From an uncultured Gammaproteobacteria bacterium (GTDB taxonomy: Bacteria > Pseudomonadota > Gammaproteobacteria > GCA-002705445 > GCA-002716945), in NCBI GenBank assembly GCA_913045115.1, contig CAJWPJ010000001.1:7415-71414 (forward strand): a stretch of DNA of 64,000 bases. The letters are read 5' to 3'. Made by a program: the position numbers and the translations under genes. This document shows, piece by piece, positions 30,106 through 40,778 of this stretch (within the stretch, counting starts at the first letter, position 1; each line of letters starts with the position of its first letter). The notes beneath the pieces are model-generated. The model worked only from the letters and a program-made list of their open reading frames with translations. It did not search any database and had not been told where the DNA came from.

Positions 30106-31097
30106 TTCGCTGCTTCTTTTGCGTAATATGTGATTATTGATGACGCGCCTGCTCTTTTAATCGATGTAAGAGTCTCTATAACTAAATCTTTCTCATTGAA
30201 TACATTTTTTTTAGCAGCTGATTTAATCATCAAATACTCACCGCTAACATGGTAAGCCAAAATAGGGACCTTAAAAGTTTCCTTTAGGTCAGATATTATA
30301 TCTAAGTTAGGTGTAGCTGGTTTTACCATAACAAGGTCTGCACCTTCTCTTAAGTCTAAGTCTATTTCTCTGCATGCCTCGTTTCTGTTCGCATAATCCA
30401 TCTGATAGGTTTTTTTATCTGATTTACCTAATGCTTTTAATGAACCAACTGCATCTCTAAATGGCCCATAATAACTTGAGGAGTACTTTGCAGAGTAAGA
30501 TAAAATCTTAGTGTTATAATATTGATTACGTTCGAGTTCTTTTCTAATCAACTTAACTCTTCCGTCCATCATATCTGAGGGAGCTATAATATCGGAACCC
30601 GACTCAGCATGGCTAATCGCTTGTTTTACAAGAATCTCATTCGTAGCATCATTTACAATGTAACCTTTTTTATCTATGATGCCATCTTGTCCATGCGATG
30701 TATAAGGATCTAAAGCAACATCACTTATAATTAGTAAATCGGGGAAATTATCTTTTATCTTCTTTATACATGTTTGCACTAATCCATCTGATTTATACGA
30801 CTCTTCTGCATTTAGCGTTTTCCTCGATGATGATATCTTAGGGAATAAGGCAACAGCAATGATTCCTGCAGATGTTAGTTTTCGGATTTCTTTTAAAGCA
30901 TGATCAATGGATAATCTAAACATGTCAGGCATAGATAAAACTTTTTCTTTCTTATTTTTACCTTCAATCAAAAAAATTGGTTGAATAAGATTTTCTGGAG
31001 CCAACTTTGTCTCTCTTACAAGTTTTCTAATACTATCAGTATTTCTAAGTCGCCTCATCCTTAAGGATGGAAATGATTGTTTGGATAATTTTTTCAT
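30093..31097 (-). CDS. hemB: porphobilinogen synthase (delta-aminolevulinate dehydratase)
   Basis: 334 aa with the active-site region DVALDPYTSHGQDG (Mg/Asp-rich type) and the Schiff-base Lys region. Confidence 0.95.
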   Translation of the reverse strand: MKKLSKQSFPSLRMRRLRNTDSIRKLVRETKLAPENLIQPIFLIEGKNKKEKVLSMPDMFRLSIDHALKEIRKLTSAGIIAVALFPKISSSRKTLNAEESYKSDGLVQTCIKKIKDNFPDLLIISDVALDPYTSHGQDGIIDKKGYIVNDATNEILVKQAISHAESGSDIIAPSDMMDGRVKLIRKELERNQYYNTKILSYSAKYSSSYYGPFRDAVGSLKALGKSDKKTYQMDYANRNEACREIDLDLREGADLVMVKPATPNLDIISDLKETFKVPILAYHVSGEYLMIKSAAKKNVFNEKDLVIETLTSIKRAGASSIITYYAKEAAKWMN

Positions 31098-31160
31098 TAG
31101 ACTTTTTATTTTAAGAGAAGATGATATATTAATCTATCAAGTTTTAACATATGAGGTAGA

Positions 31161-31640
31161 TTGATGAGAATTTGGCATGAGAACTATACCCTAGAACACG
31201 TAATATCACTCAGAGATAATAACTTAAATAAGCATTTAGGTATTAAATTTACAGATATAACTGAGAATTCAATCTCTGCCACCATGCCAGTCGAAGATAT
31301 TACAAGACAATCACGTGGTATATTACATGGCGGAGCTTCATGTGTTCTTGCAGAGTCATTGGGAAGTATAGCTTCGAATCTATGCATAGATATGAGAAAA
31401 CAGAAAGCTGTAGGATTAGAGCTAAATGCAAATCATATTAGGCCTGTCCGTTCAGGACTTGTTACTGGTATAACAAAACCAGTTGCTTTGGGAAAGTCTG
31501 TGCACGTTTGGAACATCGAAATTTTTAATGAAGCAGGAAAGATGAATTGTGTTTCAAGACTTACCACAGCTATAGTTGATCTAAAAGACGATGAGAGGAA
31601 GATTAATATAGAACTAGTCGACTCTTTACTTTCTAGCTAG
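31161..31640 (+). CDS. PaaI/YbgC-type hotdog-fold acyl-CoA thioesterase
   Basis: 159 aa with the HGGASCVLAESLGS motif characteristic of the PaaI family. Confidence 0.75.
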   Translation: MMRIWHENYTLEHVISLRDNNLNKHLGIKFTDITENSISATMPVEDITRQSRGILHGGASCVLAESLGSIASNLCIDMRKQKAVGLELNANHIRPVRSGLVTGITKPVALGKSVHVWNIEIFNEAGKMNCVSRLTTAIVDLKDDERKINIELVDSLLSS

Positions 31641-32510
31641 AGATAACATTTCCATTAGATTATTTTCGTACTTAGTAAAGTCATATTTTTTATTCCAAGT
31701 AACTTCAGGAGGTAGAGACATTAGAATTGATTCAGCTCTTCCTCCTGATTGAAGACCAAATAGAGTTCCTCGATCATATAGTAAATTGAACTCAACGTAT
31801 CGACCTCTGCGGTATAGTTGAAATGACTTCTCTTTTTTTGTATATGTTTTATCTTTTTTCAGATCGAATAAGTATGAATATGAATTCTTAAATGTTTCAG
31901 CGCAATCGAGAGAGAATTCTTTACATGTTCTATAATCAGGTGAGTTCATTTGATCATAGAATAATCCGCCTATTCCTCTTGGCTCATTTCGGTGTGGTAA
32001 GAAAAAATAGTTGTTACAATTTTCATTATATTCTCTATACATTCCCTTTTTGTATTTATCACAAAGCTCTTTTGCTGAGTTTTTCCAATAATAAATATCT
32101 GATTTATTAATGAAGTATGGAGTCAGATCAAAACCTCCACCGAACCACCACACATCCTTCTTGTTCACTTTAGCCTCAAAAAATCTTATGTTCATATGTG
32201 CACATGCTGTCTTTGGATTAGAAGGATGAATAATTACTGAGACTCCTGTAGCCCTAAATTTGTTAAGTCCTCTCACTCCAGATTTCTGCAGAGCACTCGG
32301 TGGAAGTTTATCACCAACTATACTTGAAAAATTGACAGCTGCTTTATCAATATATTTACTTCCTTGCATCTCACAACTTATTCCGCCACCGCCTGTCTTA
32401 TGTTTCCAAGTTGATAATTTCTTTACAATTGTTGAATCAAGGGTTTTTATAGCTTTGATTATTTTATTTTGAATATTTTTAAAATTCCTAGATATTTCAT
32501 TTGTTTTCAT
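31626..32510 (-). CDS. hemF: oxygen-dependent coproporphyrinogen-III oxidase
   Basis: 294 aa of HemF family length and composition. The aroE-hemF neighbourhood matches Pseudomonas. Confidence 0.85.
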   Translation of the reverse strand: MKTNEISRNFKNIQNKIIKAIKTLDSTIVKKLSTWKHKTGGGGISCEMQGSKYIDKAAVNFSSIVGDKLPPSALQKSGVRGLNKFRATGVSVIIHPSNPKTACAHMNIRFFEAKVNKKDVWWFGGGFDLTPYFINKSDIYYWKNSAKELCDKYKKGMYREYNENCNNYFFLPHRNEPRGIGGLFYDQMNSPDYRTCKEFSLDCAETFKNSYSYLFDLKKDKTYTKKEKSFQLYRRGRYVEFNLLYDRGTLFGLQSGGRAESILMSLPPEVTWNKKYDFTKYENNLMEMLSLARK

Positions 32511-32512
32511 TT

Positions 32513-33058
32513 CTATACTCTTATGACTTCTTTTGTAATTATATTTTTTATAGTTGAAGGTTTCTTCTCATTACCTAATTGACCTGTAACGATGCAATCT
32601 ATTTTCTCATCAAAGACTTTTTCAATGTTCTTTAAGTCATCATCATATTCAGAATTTGATAGATTTGCGCTCGTGGATATTATGGGTGCATTCATATAAT
32701 CACAGAGTAACATTACGGTCTCATGCTTTGTCAATCTTATGGCAACTGTATTATCTTTTTTGAGCCACGGTGGGCAGCTTTTATTACATGGAACTACCCA
32801 TGTTGTAAAATTTATAGTCTGTAAGGATTTATCCATTAAATATGTGTCATCAATTATATTATTGAAATACTTAATATCAGAGCCAAGAATAATAAAACTT
32901 TTATTTTTGCTTCGTCCTTTAGCCTTAAAAATATTTTCAACGCTTTTTGAATTAAAAGGGTCGCAACCAAGACCATATATCCCCTCTGTTGGATATATTG
33001 CTGTTCCGCCTTTTTTTAGTATATTTGATGCATCATGTGGATTTAGCTTTGGTATCAT
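32513..33058 (-). CDS. tsaC: L-threonylcarbamoyladenylate synthase (YrdC/TsaC)
   Basis: 181 aa with AIYPTEGIYGLGCDP, a YrdC-domain motif. Confidence 0.8.
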   Translation of the reverse strand: MIPKLNPHDASNILKKGGTAIYPTEGIYGLGCDPFNSKSVENIFKAKGRSKNKSFIILGSDIKYFNNIIDDTYLMDKSLQTINFTTWVVPCNKSCPPWLKKDNTVAIRLTKHETVMLLCDYMNAPIISTSANLSNSEYDDDLKNIEKVFDEKIDCIVTGQLGNEKKPSTIKNIITKEVIRV

Positions 33059-35370
33059 CGCTTTGCACGAGCTCTTCTAGCCCTCCTTTTAGGAGCATTT
33101 TTGATCATCTCAATACATGTATTTTCATCAAGTGCTTGAGGTTCAATATCCTTAGGTACTCGAACATTTTTTTTCCCGTCAGTAACGTAAGGCCCATACA
33201 TTCCATTTAACACCTTGATTCCAGATGATTCAAAGATTTTAATTTCTCTGTTTGCATCAATCTCTCTTTTTTCTTCTATTCGAGATATCGCTTCGTTATC
33301 TGACAATGAAAAAATATCAATATCCTTCATTGATACATTTGTTTTTCCACATTTAACATACGGTCCAAATGGTCCAATATTTATTAAAATATCTTCTCCC
33401 TCAAATTCACCAATCTTCTCTGGCAACTTAAATAAACGTATTGCATCATCTAACGTGATTGCATCTATATTCTTTTTTTGCTCAGGCGTTAGTGCTGCCC
33501 ACTTTGGCTTCTCTTCGTCATCTTTGGTACCCATCTGAATTGTAGGACCATATCTTGTGAGGCGAACAGTTACAGGCCTATTAGTTTCTGGATGGACTCC
33601 AAGATCTTTCAGTTCTCTTTGTTCAGATATATCAACAGTTTTTATTTTATCATCAAGATTATTCTTAAAGGGCTTATAAGTCTTTTCAACACAATCCATG
33701 TACTCTTTTTCACCATTTGCGATTTTATCTAAGTCTTCCTCTAATCTTGCGGTAAAATCATAATCAACCAAATCATTTTTGAAATGATTTATAAGAGTTT
33801 CGTACACAACTTTTGCTAAGGCAGTGGGTTGAAAGTTACTTTTATCAGGATCCACATAATTACTTTCCATGATTTTATTAATTATTGTAACGTAAGTGGA
33901 CGGTCTTCCAATCCCAAGTTCTTCAAGCGCTTGGATTAGACTTGCTTGATTATATCTAGCGGGAGGTTGAGTGAATTTTTGTTCTATATTAACTGAGTTT
34001 ATGTCTAACTGATCATTTATTTTAAGACTTTCTAGAATCTCTTTATTTTCTTTTTCTTTTTCGTCATTTTCACTAAAACTATATACCTCTTTAAAACCAG
34101 GAAAATCTAAGTATGATCCAGAAAATTTAAATAGAAAATCATCTTCCGCTGACAAATCTATTGATACCGTTTTACTTATCGAGTCTTTCATTTGTGACGC
34201 AAGTGTCCTTTTCCATATCAAATCATAAAGACGATAATCATTTTCTTCTAAATATTTTTTTATTTTATCAGGCGTATTAGACATTGATGTAGGTCTAATG
34301 GCTTCATGTGCCTCTTGTGCATTCTTTGTCTTACCTTTATAAACTCTAACTTCATCTGATTCGAGCCCCTGGTGATTATCCTTTAAGTATGCAGAAATAT
34401 CATTCAGTGCATCCTTTGATAAACTTGTAGAGTCTGTCCTCATATAGCTGATAAGACCTACAGGTTGACCACTTCCTATGTCCATACCCTGGTACAGCCT
34501 CTGTGCTATTGCTGAGGTTTGTCTAACTGATAATCCTAGACTAGTGTATGCAGTTTGTTGGAGGGAAGCTGTTGTGAACGGCGCCTTTGGTTTTGTTTTC
34601 CTCTGTCCATGCTTTATATTCGCCACTCTAACTTGCTTATGTGTTTCAATCATAGACTTAATCTCATTTGCTCTTTTTGAATCATTTATAATAGTAATGT
34701 TATCTTTTTTTATCTTTTCGCCTTTTATTTGAGATAAATCAATTTCAATATTCCTCTTACTATTGGAAACATTTGCGCTGATATTCCAAAATTCTTCAGG
34801 ATCAAAGGCATTTATTTTTATTTCTCGTTCTACAATTAATCTTAATGCAGGACTCTGGACTCTCCCTGCACGCGCGTCTCTGCTAACCTTTTTCCATAAA
34901 AATTCTGAAATGTCATATCCCATTAGATAGTCAAGCGTTCTCCTTGCTAGGTATGCATCCCATAAACTTGTTGAGATTGATCTTGGCTTTTTTAGCGCTT
35001 CAGTGACGGCATTTTTTGTTATCTCATTAAAGACTACTCTATGAGTTTCTTTTTCTTTAAGAATTTTTGCTTTATCTAAAATGTCATATAAATGTTTAGA
35101 GATGGCTTCCCCCTCTCTATCTGGATCAGTCGCGAAGTAAATAACATCAGCATCTTTAGTAAATTTTTTAATATCATCAATTACCGTTTTCTTGTTATTC
35201 GAAACTTTCCAAACTGGCTTAAATCCTTGTTCTACATCTATCCCCTTTCTCGCTGAAGAAACGAGATCTCTAACATGGCCTACAGACGCTATTACCTTAA
35301 AATCTGGACCAAGAAATTTCTCTATACTTTTAACTTTAGTAGGAGATTCCACAATCATTAAGTTTTTCAT
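33055..35370 (-). CDS. topA: DNA topoisomerase I
   Basis: 771 aa with the TOPRIM N-terminus MIVESPTKVKSI, the active-site Tyr region and C-terminal Zn ribbon-like repeats. Confidence 0.95.
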   Translation of the reverse strand: MKNLMIVESPTKVKSIEKFLGPDFKVIASVGHVRDLVSSARKGIDVEQGFKPVWKVSNNKKTVIDDIKKFTKDADVIYFATDPDREGEAISKHLYDILDKAKILKEKETHRVVFNEITKNAVTEALKKPRSISTSLWDAYLARRTLDYLMGYDISEFLWKKVSRDARAGRVQSPALRLIVEREIKINAFDPEEFWNISANVSNSKRNIEIDLSQIKGEKIKKDNITIINDSKRANEIKSMIETHKQVRVANIKHGQRKTKPKAPFTTASLQQTAYTSLGLSVRQTSAIAQRLYQGMDIGSGQPVGLISYMRTDSTSLSKDALNDISAYLKDNHQGLESDEVRVYKGKTKNAQEAHEAIRPTSMSNTPDKIKKYLEENDYRLYDLIWKRTLASQMKDSISKTVSIDLSAEDDFLFKFSGSYLDFPGFKEVYSFSENDEKEKENKEILESLKINDQLDINSVNIEQKFTQPPARYNQASLIQALEELGIGRPSTYVTIINKIMESNYVDPDKSNFQPTALAKVVYETLINHFKNDLVDYDFTARLEEDLDKIANGEKEYMDCVEKTYKPFKNNLDDKIKTVDISEQRELKDLGVHPETNRPVTVRLTRYGPTIQMGTKDDEEKPKWAALTPEQKKNIDAITLDDAIRLFKLPEKIGEFEGEDILINIGPFGPYVKCGKTNVSMKDIDIFSLSDNEAISRIEEKREIDANREIKIFESSGIKVLNGMYGPYVTDGKKNVRVPKDIEPQALDENTCIEMIKNAPKRRARRARAKR

Positions 35371-35450
35371 ACATATACCATGCTTAATTATTCTATTTTT
35401 TACTTTATACTATCAAAATAACGATAAGTACAAGATATTAGAGTAAAAAA

Positions 35451-35987
35451 ATGACTTTGAGAAGTATTCTACATTACCCAGATAATAGATTAAGACAACT
35501 TTGCCCTGAGCATAAATCTTTCGATAGTGGCCTAAAAGAGTTAGTCTCAGACATGTTTGATACAATGTATCATGAAAAAGGGATTGGGTTATCCGCAATT
35601 CAAATAGATGTAATTACTCGAGTTATAACAATTGATATCTCCAAAGAAATGGACCAAAAAATAGTTTTGGTGAATCCGGTTATTTTAGAGAGGAGCGAAC
35701 CTATTATTTTCGACGAAGGATGTCTTTCTGTACCTGGATTTTATGAAAAAGTTGAGAGATTTAATCATATAAAATACGAGGCACAAGATATTAATGGTAA
35801 TAAATTCAAATCTGAAGCTTCAGAACTTTTAGCTGTTTGCATACAACATGAAATAGACCATCTTGATGGCAAGATTTTTGTTGATTATCTATCAGATATG
35901 AAAAGATCTAAGATTGAGAAAGGTTTAATAAAACAAAAAAATAATAAAACAAGTTCACAAAGAACAGAGAACCCATACATCAAATGA
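35451..35987 (+). CDS. def: peptide deformylase
   Basis: Motifs GIGLSAIQ, EGCLSVPG and HEIDHLDG. Confidence 0.95.
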   Translation: MTLRSILHYPDNRLRQLCPEHKSFDSGLKELVSDMFDTMYHEKGIGLSAIQIDVITRVITIDISKEMDQKIVLVNPVILERSEPIIFDEGCLSVPGFYEKVERFNHIKYEAQDINGNKFKSEASELLAVCIQHEIDHLDGKIFVDYLSDMKRSKIEKGLIKQKNNKTSSQRTENPYIK

Positions 35988-36928
35988 ATAAATTGAAAAT
36001 TATTTTTTTTGGTAGTCCTTATTATTCTGTACCTTTATTAGAAAAAACTATTGAATTAGGCCACGAAGTATCCCTGGTAGTTTCTCAAGGAACTACTAAA
36101 ACACGCCGGGGAAAAATCATTAAAACATCTGTTCATCAATATTGCGAAGATAAAAACATTAATTGTTTACTTCCGACTCAATTTACTGATTCAATAAACA
36201 AAGAGATTATGAGTTTAAAGTATGACCTCGGTATTATTTATGCATATGGTAAGTTAGTTCCTAAAGATATAATTGAGCATAGCAATTTCGGGATTATGAA
36301 TTTACATTGTTCATTGTTGCCAAGCTATCGAGGAGCAGCTCCAATACAGCATGCACTTATCAATGGCGAAGATTATACTGGGTATACTTATTTTAGAATT
36401 AACGAGCTATTAGATGAGGGTGACATTATACTTCAAGAAAAATACAAAATTTTGCAAAGTGATAATTGTTTATCAATTCAAGATAGCTTGACAGCATTAG
36501 CAGTAAGTAATCTATCGGTAGCTATCAGCAGGATAGTTGATGGAAAATTCCTAGATGGTAATCACTCAGAAAAAGTCTCATATGCCAATAAGATCCAAAA
36601 GAAAGACAGTATTTTTGACTGGGATAGAGATGTAGTCAGTATTTGTAATAGAATCAGAGCACTGAGCACATGGCCTATTGCAAGAGCAAACTTACTTGGA
36701 GAGGATATCAAAATTATCGAAGCTAATTATGTTCAACAGGATCATGATATTACTTTCGGTAAGATTAAAGCATTTTCAAAAGATGAATTGCTTGTGACGG
36801 CTAAAGGAGGGTATATTTCAATTAATAAATTACAACTTGAGGGGAAAAAAATCATTACCAATAGGGATTTATTTAACTCGAATTCAGAATTTAAAGATAA
36901 ACTTCTTAACAATCTGGCTCAGAATTAA
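35984..36928 (+). CDS. fmt: methionyl-tRNA formyltransferase
   Basis: 314 aa of the formyl-transferase family (NLHCSLLPSYRGAAPIQ). The def-fmt order is conserved. Confidence 0.9.
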   Translation: MNKLKIIFFGSPYYSVPLLEKTIELGHEVSLVVSQGTTKTRRGKIIKTSVHQYCEDKNINCLLPTQFTDSINKEIMSLKYDLGIIYAYGKLVPKDIIEHSNFGIMNLHCSLLPSYRGAAPIQHALINGEDYTGYTYFRINELLDEGDIILQEKYKILQSDNCLSIQDSLTALAVSNLSVAISRIVDGKFLDGNHSEKVSYANKIQKKDSIFDWDRDVVSICNRIRALSTWPIARANLLGEDIKIIEANYVQQDHDITFGKIKAFSKDELLVTAKGGYISINKLQLEGKKIITNRDLFNSNSEFKDKLLNNLAQN

Positions 36929-36985
36929 CATAAATATATAGAATTCACTTCTATATGATGTAGAATTGTCACCAAAGCAACATCC

Positions 36986-38356
36986 ATGAAAAAGATAGCA
37001 GTATTAGGTGGAGGACAGGTTGGCGCCTCTGTAGCCAAGATTCTCACTGATGATGGTAATGACATTACCCTAGTTGATAACGATGCCTCTGTGCTAGATG
37101 ATCTCCAAGAAGATAACGACATAAAGACTATACATGGCAATGCTTCATCTCCATCGGTACTTAATCAGGCTGAAGTGAATGACTGCGATATACTTATTGC
37201 AACAACCGCAAGCGATGAAGTGAACTTAGTTGCTTGTCATTTAGCAAAAAAAATGTTCAATGTCCCAAATGTCATAGCAAGGCTTAGGAATGCAGAATAT
37301 CGCGAGAAGACATCAGACTTCAACCTCGAATTGTTTTCCATTGACTCTATAATAAGTCCAAGCCAATTAGTCACTGACTTTATTAAAAATATCATTGAGC
37401 ACCCTGGAGCCTTTCAAGCGTTTGATTTTGCTGATGGAAATCTTCAAGTCATTGGCGTTACAGTTCTTAAGGATGGACCATTATCGGGTAAAAAACTTTC
37501 TGAATTTAAAAAACATATGCCAAACGTAAATGTAAATGTGATTGCAATTTACCGAAACAGAAAAATGATGCCTGTAAATGGTTCCTCAATTATTGAAACT
37601 GGAGATGATGTATTCTTTTTAGCAACAGAAGAAAATATGCGATTTATGAGTGAACTAAGAAAAAACCAATCACGTGTAGAAAATATAATGATAGCCGGTG
37701 GAGGAAATGTTGGAACTATACTAGCAGCAAAATTATCAGAGAAATTCTCCACGAAGATTATTGAGAAGGATCAATCAAGATCTAAATATTTATCAGAGAT
37801 GCTCGAAAGATGCGTTGTTTTAAACGACGATATTTCTGATGAATCGCTTCTTGAAAATGAAGGAATTGATGATGTAGATTATTTTTGTAGTGTAACCAAC
37901 GATGATCAAATGAATATATTGTCGTCAAAACTAGCAAAAGATCTTGGCGCGAAAAAATCAATTGCCATAATTAACAAACCATCTTACCGCAAACTTGTTT
38001 CTAAAGAAATTGATGTCGTGGTTTCTCCTGAGGATGTTACCATTGGCTCATTATTGGCATCTGTGAGAACTAGTGATGTAGTTAAGGTTCACTCTTTGGG
38101 ATTTGGTGAGGCCGAGTTGTTTGAGGTAATTATCCATGGAGACCAAAGTACTTCAAAAGTTGTTGGCAAGAAAATATCTGATCTCGACTTGCCTCAGGGT
38201 TGTCGAGTAGGCGCGATATATAGAAATGATAGCGTGATACTTACAAACGAAGATGTTGAAATCAAAAGTGAGGATAGGTTAATTATATTTTTATTGAATA
38301 AAAAGGATTTCCCTAAATTAGCAAAACTATTTCAAGTAGGCATTGGATTTTTCTAA
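36986..38356 (+). CDS. trkA: Trk system potassium uptake protein TrkA
   Basis: 456 aa with two NAD-binding RCK domains (GGGQVG, GGGNVG). Confidence 0.9.
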   Translation: MKKIAVLGGGQVGASVAKILTDDGNDITLVDNDASVLDDLQEDNDIKTIHGNASSPSVLNQAEVNDCDILIATTASDEVNLVACHLAKKMFNVPNVIARLRNAEYREKTSDFNLELFSIDSIISPSQLVTDFIKNIIEHPGAFQAFDFADGNLQVIGVTVLKDGPLSGKKLSEFKKHMPNVNVNVIAIYRNRKMMPVNGSSIIETGDDVFFLATEENMRFMSELRKNQSRVENIMIAGGGNVGTILAAKLSEKFSTKIIEKDQSRSKYLSEMLERCVVLNDDISDESLLENEGIDDVDYFCSVTNDDQMNILSSKLAKDLGAKKSIAIINKPSYRKLVSKEIDVVVSPEDVTIGSLLASVRTSDVVKVHSLGFGEAELFEVIIHGDQSTSKVVGKKISDLDLPQGCRVGAIYRNDSVILTNEDVEIKSEDRLIIFLLNKKDFPKLAKLFQVGIGFF

Positions 38357-39796
38357 ATGAACTATTACCAGATACTTAAAATTACAGGCATTATTCTGCT
38401 AATTTTTAGTTTCTTCATAATAATACCTATAGGTGCTTCATTTTTTTATGATGAAAGTATAGATAATTTTCTTCAATCATTTTTGATAATTTTTTTTGCA
38501 GGTTTGCTTACATATTTTCCAAACAAAAATGAAAAGTCACAGATAAAGATACGAGAAGGTTTCTTCATTGTTGCTATATTTTGGTTTATCCTAAGCTTCT
38601 TCGGTGCTATTCCATTTTTTCTAGATCAAGATTTAAAATTCAGTTTAGTGGACGCTATTTTTGAGTCAACCTCGGGATGGACAACGACTGGAGCAACTGT
38701 GATAACAAATATTGATAATCTTAGTAAACCACTTCTCCTCTACAGGCAGCTACTTCAATGGTTAGGTGGGATCGGTATAGTCGTACTAGTTCTAGCTATT
38801 CTACCTATTCTTGGTGTTGGCGGGATGTATTTATTCAAAGCGGAGACCTCTTCACCTGTTAAGGACAATAAACTGTCTCCAAGAATTACTGAAACTGCCA
38901 AAAGTCTATGGGGTGTATATATTATTTTAACGGTTGCATGTGCAGCTCTTTATAAAATTGCTGGAATGAATTATTTCGATGCCATTGGTCATAGTTTTTC
39001 GACTGTATCAATTGGTGGATTTTCAACTCATGATGCAAGCATAGGATTTTATTCGAGCGCATCAATAAAAATTATATGCATGATTTTTATGTTTCTGTCT
39101 GCACTAAACTTTGTCTTACACTTTTTATTCTATAAGAATAAATCATTTAAAGTGTATAGCAATAATTCTGAGATGAAGACATTTATTTTTATTATTCTAA
39201 TTTTATTTTTTTTCATAGCGATATTTTCTTTTGGTGATAGACTCCAATCACTACAAACTATTGATATCATTTTTCATGTTTTATCCTTTGCAACAACATC
39301 AGGCTTCACTGTAACGAATTATGATGTTTGGCCTACCTTTATATTAACTCTCATATTCTTATCAAGTTTCATTGGCGCATGCGCGGGGTCTGCGGGCGGA
39401 GGTATGAAGGTTATCAGATTTACGATTGCATTAAAGTCAATTAAAAAACAACTATTAAAGGTAATACATCCAAAAGCTGAGATTACAATAAAAGTTAATG
39501 ATAAAAAAGTTGACGATATGACAATAGAGACGATTTTATCTTTTATTATTCTTTATATAATATTATTTTTTTCATCTTCACTTTTGATAATGTTGTCAGG
39601 ACATGATTTACTTACAGCTTTCTCTTCTACCGCTGCATGTATTAATAATTTAGGTCCAGCATTAGGTGATGCATTCGGTAACTATGCATCTTTAAATGAT
39701 TTTTCAAAATCATTATTGCTGATTATGATGATAATAGGCAGATTGGAGATATTTACTTTTATAGTGCTTATCACAAGATATTTCTGGAAATATTAA
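38357..39796 (+). CDS. trkH: Trk system potassium uptake protein TrkH
   Basis: 479 aa and polytopic, with selectivity-filter-like TTTG and GFT motifs. Confidence 0.9.
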   Translation: MNYYQILKITGIILLIFSFFIIIPIGASFFYDESIDNFLQSFLIIFFAGLLTYFPNKNEKSQIKIREGFFIVAIFWFILSFFGAIPFFLDQDLKFSLVDAIFESTSGWTTTGATVITNIDNLSKPLLLYRQLLQWLGGIGIVVLVLAILPILGVGGMYLFKAETSSPVKDNKLSPRITETAKSLWGVYIILTVACAALYKIAGMNYFDAIGHSFSTVSIGGFSTHDASIGFYSSASIKIICMIFMFLSALNFVLHFLFYKNKSFKVYSNNSEMKTFIFIILILFFFIAIFSFGDRLQSLQTIDIIFHVLSFATTSGFTVTNYDVWPTFILTLIFLSSFIGACAGSAGGGMKVIRFTIALKSIKKQLLKVIHPKAEITIKVNDKKVDDMTIETILSFIILYIILFFSSSLLIMLSGHDLLTAFSSTAACINNLGPALGDAFGNYASLNDFSKSLLLIMMIIGRLEIFTFIVLITRYFWKY

Positions 39797-39797
39797 T

Positions 39798-40772
39798 ATG
39801 CATAAGGCGTTCATATCTAAAAAAAATTCATTTGACGAGGACCCGTCTCAAGGGGAGCGATTTTCATTTACTTACCTCTTTCCAAAATACTGGCTTATAT
39901 GGATTTTTATTTTCCTAACGATGCTGATTGCATATCTTCCAACTAAAATCAGGTCAAACCTAGGTACTGCCCTTGGCAAACTCTTATTTAAATTTAGTAA
40001 ATCAAAAAAAGAGATCGCAAAAATAAACCTATCAACGACCTTTAGGGATCTAGATCATTCTGGTATTCAAAACCACTTACGGCAATTTTTTAAATACCTC
40101 GGACATATGTATATAAATCTACCCTTATTATGGTGGAGGTCGGATACATATTTGCAGACACTAATAAATAAAACTGGACTACATTTAATAGATGAAGTCT
40201 TAGAAAAAAACCAAAGTGTAATACTCCTAGCACCACATACCCTTTCTTTAGATTTTGGCGGGAGGGCTTTATCAGCATTTAATTTACTCAGTATATACAA
40301 GCCATTTAAAAATAATTTAATGAATTGGTTCATAGGTAAGTCAAGGAGCAAGCCTACAGATAAGGTTATTGTTTATCCAAGAACCAATAATAGCTTCAAA
40401 CAAATCATAAAAAAAATGAAACAACCGTGTGTTTTGTACCTGCTGGCAGATGAAGACATAAGTTTAGATGACTCAGTATTTACTGAATTTTTTGATACAA
40501 AAAAAGCAACACTTAAATCAATTAGCAAGCTTGCAAGACTAACTAAATCTAAAGTGCTTCCATGTATCTGCACTTATGACATAAACACGAATAAATTTTC
40601 CTTCAAGATTTTTAATCAGCTGGAGAATTTCCCATCCGGAGATATTGTTGACGACTGCTCTGAAATAAGTGCTTGCCTCCAGCAGCAGATTCTTTCTGAT
40701 ATCTCACAATATATGTGGACCCTGAGAATCTACAAACATAGACCTGACGGAACAGACATTTATAAGATATAA
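39798..40772 (+). CDS. lpxL: lipid A biosynthesis lauroyl/myristoyl acyltransferase (LpxL/HtrB family)
   Basis: 324 aa with an N-terminal TM anchor preceded by FTYLFPKYWL, as in LpxL, and the acyltransferase HX4D-like region (APHTLSLDFGG). Confidence 0.75.
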   Translation: MHKAFISKKNSFDEDPSQGERFSFTYLFPKYWLIWIFIFLTMLIAYLPTKIRSNLGTALGKLLFKFSKSKKEIAKINLSTTFRDLDHSGIQNHLRQFFKYLGHMYINLPLLWWRSDTYLQTLINKTGLHLIDEVLEKNQSVILLAPHTLSLDFGGRALSAFNLLSIYKPFKNNLMNWFIGKSRSKPTDKVIVYPRTNNSFKQIIKKMKQPCVLYLLADEDISLDDSVFTEFFDTKKATLKSISKLARLTKSKVLPCICTYDINTNKFSFKIFNQLENFPSGDIVDDCSEISACLQQQILSDISQYMWTLRIYKHRPDGTDIYKI

Positions 40773-40778
40773 TTAATT